A program made the translations under genes and the position numbers. DNA of 61,457 bases, taken from the IMG/VR virus record IMGVR_UViG_3300037247_000747, positions 1 through 61,457 of that record; one strand, 5' to 3'. Positions 56,144-61,457 of the stretch are shown here, in pieces (position 1 is the first letter of the stretch; each line of letters starts with the position of its first letter). A model generated the notes under the pieces. It was not told the DNA's origin. It made no database searches and saw nothing but the letters and a program-made list of their open reading frames with translations. Origin of the DNA: a virus (taxonomy: Duplodnaviria > Caudoviricetes).

Positions 56144-56171
56144 ATTATACGTATGTTTTTGATAAAGTCAA
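56144..56171 (-). promoter_or_regulatory. Leftward sigma70-type promoter
   Basis: TTGACT-16-TATAAT on the minus strand. Confidence 0.7.
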
Positions 56172-56218
56172 CCATTAAATCAAATAAAAGGGTAAACACC
56201 CCTGTCAATAAGTATTCT

Positions 56219-56286
56219 TGTCGCCTCATGTCGTTTAGTGTCGTTTAATGTCGTTTAATGCCAAACCCAAAACCCCATGTTAGGAT
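56219..56286 (+). promoter_or_regulatory. Four 10-bp direct repeats followed by an extended -10 element (putative late promoter)
   Basis: TGTCGCCTCA TGTCGTTTAG TGTCGTTTAA TGTCGTTTAA, then TGtTAGGAT at 56278-56286. Confidence 0.65.
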
Positions 56287-56309
56287 AAAAGAAAACAAAA
56301 ACCCCTTTC

Positions 56310-56747
56310 ATGGAGGCGCTTATGGTATTTGATCCCCTTTCTGTAGTCTCAGCGATTTCATCTGTTGTTCAAACCGGTCTTAATAAATTTCTCCCCGACA
56401 AAATGGACGAAGCAGACAAGGCCAAGCTTCAAGCCAGCTTGCAGCAGTATGTCATGGAGAACGCGCTCAAGGAGGATTCAGACTTCCGTAACTTTGTTTT
56501 GCAGTATGAAGGCAAGGCAGAGGATGTGCCTAAGATTATCGTGCTCATACGGTCATTGATACGACCAGGGATCACGATTGCGGTCACAGGCGCATATATC
56601 CATGGGTGGCTTAATCCTTTAGCTTTTACTGTTGAGCAGATGATGGTGCTTAAACCTGCGCTATTGATTTGTCTCATATTCTGGTTTGGTGACAGAGCCC
56701 TGCAAAAGAGCGGCATTCTTGATGTGCTGAAAGGGAAGAAGCAATGA
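56310..56747 (+). CDS. Putative holin (3TM type)
   Basis: RSLIRP motif, two C-terminal hydrophobic segments and FWFGDR. The real start is probably ATG 56322. Confidence 0.7.
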   Translation: MEALMVFDPLSVVSAISSVVQTGLNKFLPDKMDEADKAKLQASLQQYVMENALKEDSDFRNFVLQYEGKAEDVPKIIVLIRSLIRPGITIAVTGAYIHGWLNPLAFTVEQMMVLKPALLICLIFWFGDRALQKSGILDVLKGKKQ

Positions 56748-56998
56748 CAAAAGGCCTCGGTCAAGATCAGGTGAAGTGGCTCACATATCTGGTTTATCTT
56801 CTCATTACAATCCTGACTGTCATTACTGGTTGGCACACAGTAACAATCGCAAACATGCCAAAGGAATATGTAAGGCTTGAAAGGTATCAATGCGATACCA
56901 GACGAGTTGAAAAGAAGATGGACAAGCTTGGCGGTAAACTTGACAGACTATTTGAGGGGCAACCGTGGAACAGTGCCCGATCTGCAATAAGCCCGTAA
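56744..56998 (+). CDS. Single-TM coiled-coil protein (lysis module)
   Basis: TM segment followed by EYVRLERY...KMDKL. Confidence 0.55.
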   Translation: MTKGLGQDQVKWLTYLVYLLITILTVITGWHTVTIANMPKEYVRLERYQCDTRRVEKKMDKLGGKLDRLFEGQPWNSARSAISP

Positions 56999-57024
56999 CA
57001 AGGCCAATTACCATGGGAGGGTAG

Positions 57025-57243
57025 ATGACACGAACGTGGGACATTCTTGCAATAGAAGAGCCTGACACTTATCCAGAATTTTATGCTTTGCGGCTTGCGA
57101 CAGGTAACGAAAAGGACAGACAAGCTATTATCAGATTATCGTACGAGGAAGTTAATAATCTCTTTTTGATTCTGTCAGTTATTTCAATAACACCGGAGCA
57201 ATACAAAAACGACATTAAAGAGAATAGAAAAAAAGAACTATGA
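57025..57243 (+). CDS. Hypothetical protein
   Basis: GGAGG RBS. Confidence 0.5.
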   Translation: MTRTWDILAIEEPDTYPEFYALRLATGNEKDRQAIIRLSYEEVNNLFLILSVISITPEQYKNDIKENRKKEL

Positions 57244-57761
57244 AAGCAGGGGAAAATAACAAACAGCATGGCATAACCTACTTCACAAAAATAACGCCCC
57301 TGCATAAAGAAATTTTAAACCGACGGTTTTTAAGAATAATGAAGAAAAGTTATTTTTATAATTTGGCTTTTGAGAAGTGCTATCGCTATGAAGAAAAAGA
57401 AAAAGAAATATATTAAACCTGAATGTAAGCTGGTAAAAAATATGATGTTTATGTTCGATAATATTAAGAAAAAACACTCTAAAATTGCTTGCAGACAATG
57501 CTCATCCTGCCATGGATGTAGGTGAATATGAAGATTGAGGACTTTTGAATGAAACGGCGTTTAAAGAAAATTCATCAAGCTAAAAGGCGTAAGAGGATAC
57601 TGTCGAGCGGTATATGCCCAAACTGTGGTGAGAAAGGGGCGCATTTTGTGCCACCGGGGTTTGGAGATAATGGGTTTTTCTCTTGTAAGGGTAATGGGGT
57701 CTTAGCCCTACAGAGTACAGAGTAATGAGACTAAGTTTAAGAAAAACAGGTTGTTGAAAAA

Positions 57762-58331
57762 ATGGCAAAGAAACAAAAACTCACGGATAAACAAAAGGCA
57801 TTTGTAAATGAATACTTGGTTGATTTCAATGCAACTCAGGCCGCTATTCGTGCGAAATACTCTAAAAAGACAGCAAAAGTAATCGGTCCTGAAAACTTGT
57901 CAAAACCTTACATCCAAGAAGCGATTGCGGAAAAGCGAAAACAACTTGCAAAGAAAGAGAATATAGCCTCAGTCGAAGAAATAATGGAAGGCTATACAAG
58001 AGATATCCGGTTTGATCCAAGAAAATTATATGGCGATGATGGCCACCTGAAAGATGTACCTGATTTGGATGATGATACGGCTCTGGGCCTTGCAGGTTTG
58101 AAAGTCACTGAAACTGTAGTCCTGAGTGACAAGAAAACGAAAGTAATTAAAAGAGTGTATGAGTATAAATTACCGGATAAGAAAGCTAATCGTGATTCTA
58201 TGAAGAAAGTCTTTGGAATGGATGCTCCTGAGAAAATTAACCACGGGTTAGACTCTGACAGCACACAGGCCATAATTGATGCAACAAAGAGCATTTTAGG
58301 TGAGGTTGATGGGCGAACCCGCAACAAATGA
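57762..58331 (+). CDS. terS: Terminase small subunit
   Basis: LTDKQKAFVNEYLVDFNATQAAIRAKYS. Confidence 0.93.
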   Translation: MAKKQKLTDKQKAFVNEYLVDFNATQAAIRAKYSKKTAKVIGPENLSKPYIQEAIAEKRKQLAKKENIASVEEIMEGYTRDIRFDPRKLYGDDGHLKDVPDLDDDTALGLAGLKVTETVVLSDKKTKVIKRVYEYKLPDKKANRDSMKKVFGMDAPEKINHGLDSDSTQAIIDATKSILGEVDGRTRNK

Positions 58332-59832
58332 TTTATCCAGAAATGAAGCAGTAGAGAACCTTTCTGACAAATGGTGGAGGATGGATAACCTCTACATGAT
58401 TTTGGATAAAATCGGAAAATCGGTCAGGTTCAAGATGAATCCGATTCAGGAAAATTTCTTTGAAGCCCTGCACTATCTCAACCTCATATTGAAAGCAAGA
58501 CAGCTTGGATTTACTACATTTATTGATATCTACATGCTCGATGAATGTATTTTTAACAGCAATATTGAAGCCGGGATTATCGCACACAACAAAGACGATG
58601 CTCAGAAGATATTCCGGAGAAAGATTAAATACCCCTGGGATCACATCAATGAAAACATAAGAGCAGCCAGGCCGACCGTAATAGAATCTAAGTCAGAGCT
58701 CGGATGGGACAATGATTCCATTATCTCTGTTGGTACCTCCATGAGATCCGGAACACTTCAGATGTTGCATATCAGTGAGTTCGGAAAGATATGCGCTAAA
58801 TACCCTGAGAAAGCAAGAGAGGTTGTTACAGGATCGTTACAGGCTGTCCAGGCAGGCCAGGAAGTCTTTATTGAAAGTACAGCAGAGGGCAGGTCAGGAA
58901 AGTTCTATGATATGTGTATGGAGGCTGAAAAGCTCAAGATAGAGGTAGATGCCGGCAGACGCATTTATAACAGGATGGATTACAAGTTTCATTTCTTTGC
59001 CTGGTGGCAGGAGCAGGGGAATGTTCTCGATGATCCTGTGCCTATCTCAACCAGGCTGTCAACGTATTTTGAAAAGATTGAAAAACAAATAGGCCGGAAG
59101 TTCACGCTAAAGCAAAAGTATTGGTATGTTCAAAAAGACAAGGTGCTTGGCACCGATATGAAGCAAGAGCATCCTTCAACGCCTAAAGAAGCCTTTGAGC
59201 AATCAATTGAAGGTGCCTACTTCTCTTCACAGTTTGAGAAGCTTAGAGAAGGCGGTCACATCTGTAAAGTACCTATTGATAATGATGCCATAGTAAGCAC
59301 CTGGTGGGATCTTGGCATGGACGATATTAACGCTATCTGGTTCACACAGGACGTAGGCCGTGAGATTCATGTAATTGATTATTACCAGAACAGCGGTGAA
59401 GGATTGGAGTTCTATTCCAAGATTCTTGAAAAAAAAGAATATCGTTACAGCGAACACGTTGCGCCGCATGATATCTCTGTCCGAGAGCTTGGCCCAGGAG
59501 TTTCCAGGATGAAAACAGCGCTGAAATACGGTCTTAAGTTCAGAAAAATACCCAGAGTAAAAGTTAAACTCGACTCAATCGCTGCCGCAAGACAAATGCT
59601 TGGGTCCGGTCGAGTCTTTTTTGATGAAGAACGATGTGATGAAGGTATTAAGATGCTGGAAGGATACAGAAAAGAATGGAATGAGGACTTAGCAACTTAC
59701 AGGACAAGCCCTTTACATAATGTTTGCAGCAATGGGGCAGATGCCTTTCAAACCTTAGCTATGGGGCACAAGTTTAGTCCAAAGCATATATTTCAACCAG
59801 TACAAATAGAAGATCCAGAGGGGTGGACATAA
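58300..59832 (+). CDS. terL: Terminase large subunit
   Basis: LKARQLGFTT, LHISEFG, ESTAEG, WDLG and ADAF motifs. Confidence 0.93.
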   Translation: MRLMGEPATNDLSRNEAVENLSDKWWRMDNLYMILDKIGKSVRFKMNPIQENFFEALHYLNLILKARQLGFTTFIDIYMLDECIFNSNIEAGIIAHNKDDAQKIFRRKIKYPWDHINENIRAARPTVIESKSELGWDNDSIISVGTSMRSGTLQMLHISEFGKICAKYPEKAREVVTGSLQAVQAGQEVFIESTAEGRSGKFYDMCMEAEKLKIEVDAGRRIYNRMDYKFHFFAWWQEQGNVLDDPVPISTRLSTYFEKIEKQIGRKFTLKQKYWYVQKDKVLGTDMKQEHPSTPKEAFEQSIEGAYFSSQFEKLREGGHICKVPIDNDAIVSTWWDLGMDDINAIWFTQDVGREIHVIDYYQNSGEGLEFYSKILEKKEYRYSEHVAPHDISVRELGPGVSRMKTALKYGLKFRKIPRVKVKLDSIAAARQMLGSGRVFFDEERCDEGIKMLEGYRKEWNEDLATYRTSPLHNVCSNGADAFQTLAMGHKFSPKHIFQPVQIEDPEGWT

Positions 59833-60242
59833 TGGCAAGTTCAGTCGTGGCAACAAGTAAGCTTACGGGGACCGGAGCAGAAATACTGACTTTGGTAGTC
59901 ACTGGCGATTCAGGGGATGGGACTGTTGATGATTATCTATTACCGGTAGATGTGCTCAATTACCTAAAAGAAACCGGGTGCTATTTGAGCCAGATGAAGC
60001 AGATTCCGGGTTCGACACCAATGACTGCAGAGTTCAATGTGTATGTGAAAGACAGTCTCGATTACGACATTCTGGGCGGTAATGGTGAGGATTTGGGTAT
60101 TACTGCTCCCGAAATTGTGCAACCTGCAGACGGTCCTCAACCGATTGATGACACATCATTGACATTGAGCATTGATGACACCACGGATGTGTCCGGCGTG
60201 GTCACGCTGCAATTTAATTTTGCGAAGTATGAGGGGAGTTAA
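59832..60242 (+). CDS. Small beta-rich putative virion protein
   Basis: TAATG-coupled to terL; acidic and beta-rich. Confidence 0.6.
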   Translation: MASSVVATSKLTGTGAEILTLVVTGDSGDGTVDDYLLPVDVLNYLKETGCYLSQMKQIPGSTPMTAEFNVYVKDSLDYDILGGNGEDLGITAPEIVQPADGPQPIDDTSLTLSIDDTTDVSGVVTLQFNFAKYEGS

Positions 60243-60244
60243 AA

Positions 60245-61457
60245 ATGAAAAGAATCTTATTGTGGTTTTTCGTTTTATGGTTATTCATTGTGCTGTTTGC
60301 CAAGGTTGCCAATGTATACGCAGGGCCGTTTTTTAATCCCATTCCGAAACAGAAGGGACACTCGGGAGAGTATCTTACGACAAATGGTAAGAAATTAAAC
60401 TTTGAGTCTGTTGCTCCTGGTACCGGCGCTGATGCTGGCGCGTCATATCTGACAAGGGATGCTGAGGCAGGGCTTACAGACGAAGAAGTTGTCACGGCTA
60501 ACGGCCTGGCTATTGTGCAGGCTGCGAACTATGCGGCTATGAAAGTGCTGCTTGACCTTGAAATCGGAACAGACATACAGGCCTGGGACGCTTTTCTCGA
60601 TGATATTGCGGCTTTGACCGATCCAGGGAGGGACCGCATCGTCTTTTGGGACGATACTTCAGGAAATATTGTGTGGCTCGACGTTGGAACCGGTTTGGAT
60701 ATTACCGGAACAACCTTGACTGCAACAGGAGGTTCCGGGACTGGTGATCTGCTTGCCGATGGAACTGTACCTCTTACAGCCAATTGGGATGTGGGGCCGT
60801 ACACAGTAACAGCCTTACGGTTTATATCCGACATAGCGATAGGAACTTCCCCTTTTGCCGTAACATCGACAACGGTTGTTTCTAATCTCAATGCAGATCT
60901 TCTTGACGGTACGGAGCTTTCCGCACTTACCACCGACGCAGAACTGGCAGCGTGGGTTGGATCTGCCAATATTACCACGTTGGGAACGATTGGGACAGGA
61001 ACATGGGAAGGAGATGATATTGTTACTGGTAAGCTGGAAAATTATGGTTCATGGACAATGGAAGCGTTGGGTGCAACCCTAACATTGTCAGATGGGGACA
61101 TTATAGATTTTTCAGGGATTACACACTCCGAAGGAGTTGATGAGGGTATTGTCCTTCCAGCATATGTGAACGTGGCTCCCGCAACTGTAGCAAAGCATTT
61201 CATGGCATATGATCCTGCTAATAATGCGATAATGGTACGAGAAACAGGGGGGTGGGTTGACACCTCTGCCGGAACAGGGGCAGCAACCTCTTTGAATTTC
61301 GTTGTTACCGCAGCAGAAGGGTCTCTTTCAGATGAGAGTGTCCTGACAGCCGGTTATGGCATAGATGTCACTGATGCCGGTGGTGACGGTGGTGCTGTGA
61401 CAGTTGCCGTGGATACAACAGAAATCAGTGCAGACGGTACAGATACATGGTCAGACG
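60245..61457 (+). CDS. 5' part of the ~1037-aa fibre-like protein (continues through the join to 2028); N-terminal signal peptide
   Basis: GAGGGGAG RBS; MKRILLWFFVLWLFIVLFAKVANVYA; fibre motifs GHSGEYLTTNG and GTSPFAVTSTTVVSNLNADLLDG; no stop before the end. Confidence 0.85.
   Translation, partial: MKRILLWFFVLWLFIVLFAKVANVYAGPFFNPIPKQKGHSGEYLTTNGKKLNFESVAPGTGADAGASYLTRDAEAGLTDEEVVTANGLAIVQAANYAAMKVLLDLEIGTDIQAWDAFLDDIAALTDPGRDRIVFWDDTSGNIVWLDVGTGLDITGTTLTATGGSGTGDLLADGTVPLTANWDVGPYTVTALRFISDIAIGTSPFAVTSTTVVSNLNADLLDGTELSALTTDAELAAWVGSANITTLGTIGTGTWEGDDIVTGKLENYGSWTMEALGATLTLSDGDIIDFSGITHSEGVDEGIVLPAYVNVAPATVAKHFMAYDPANNAIMVRETGGWVDTSAGTGAATSLNFVVTAAEGSLSDESVLTAGYGIDVTDAGGDGGAVTVAVDTTEISADGTDTWSD
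61331..61457. repeat. Second copy of the 127-bp terminal overlap
   Basis: Identical to 1-127. Confidence 0.95.

Noticed and set aside
56219-56263. Possible mini-CRISPR array
   Set aside because: The 10-bp units are contiguous with no spacers, and no cas genes are visible.
61331-61457. 127-bp end repeat as a biological terminal repeat or att site
   Set aside because: It lies mid-gene and its length equals a common assembler k-mer, so it is best explained as circular overlap.
1-61457. Stop-codon reassignment
   Set aside because: Genes are full length and densely packed in the standard code, and TAA, TGA and TAG all end plausible genes.

Overview
This window is almost certainly a complete, circularly assembled tailed-phage genome of about 61,330 bp. 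Bases 1-127 are identical to 61331-61457, and one ORF reads in frame across the join. The morphogenesis layout is podovirus-like: terS, terL, accessory fibres, portal, scaffold, HK97-type major capsid, adaptors, nozzle, GNAT, three ejection-type proteins and a 2990-aa polyvalent protein, with no tape measure or sheath. A leftward arm (48.3 to 32.4 kb) carries RecT, a split Rad50/SbcC-like ATPase, UvrD, HNH nucleases, gp37/gp68, ASCH, and C5 and N6 methyltransferases. A rightward arm (48.8 to 55.4 kb) carries a Cro-like HTH, a replication initiator, RusA and a probable endolysin. I recognised no integrase, CI-type repressor, DNA polymerase, CRISPR array or reverse transcriptase. The most unusual signals are: (1) three consecutive fibre/tailspike-like genes that all start with Sec-type signal peptides; (2) truncated paralogues of the phage's own capsid A-domain next to the portal gene; (3) a 134-nt tRNA-like RNA with extra arms; (4) about eleven ATCG-N10-CGAT-like sites in and around the adenine MTase gene; (5) a ~280-nt fold-back element before the endolysin; and (6) several compact RNA or DNA regulatory motifs at late genes. 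All family calls come from motif recognition by eye, not from database searches, and the host cannot be determined from this sequence.
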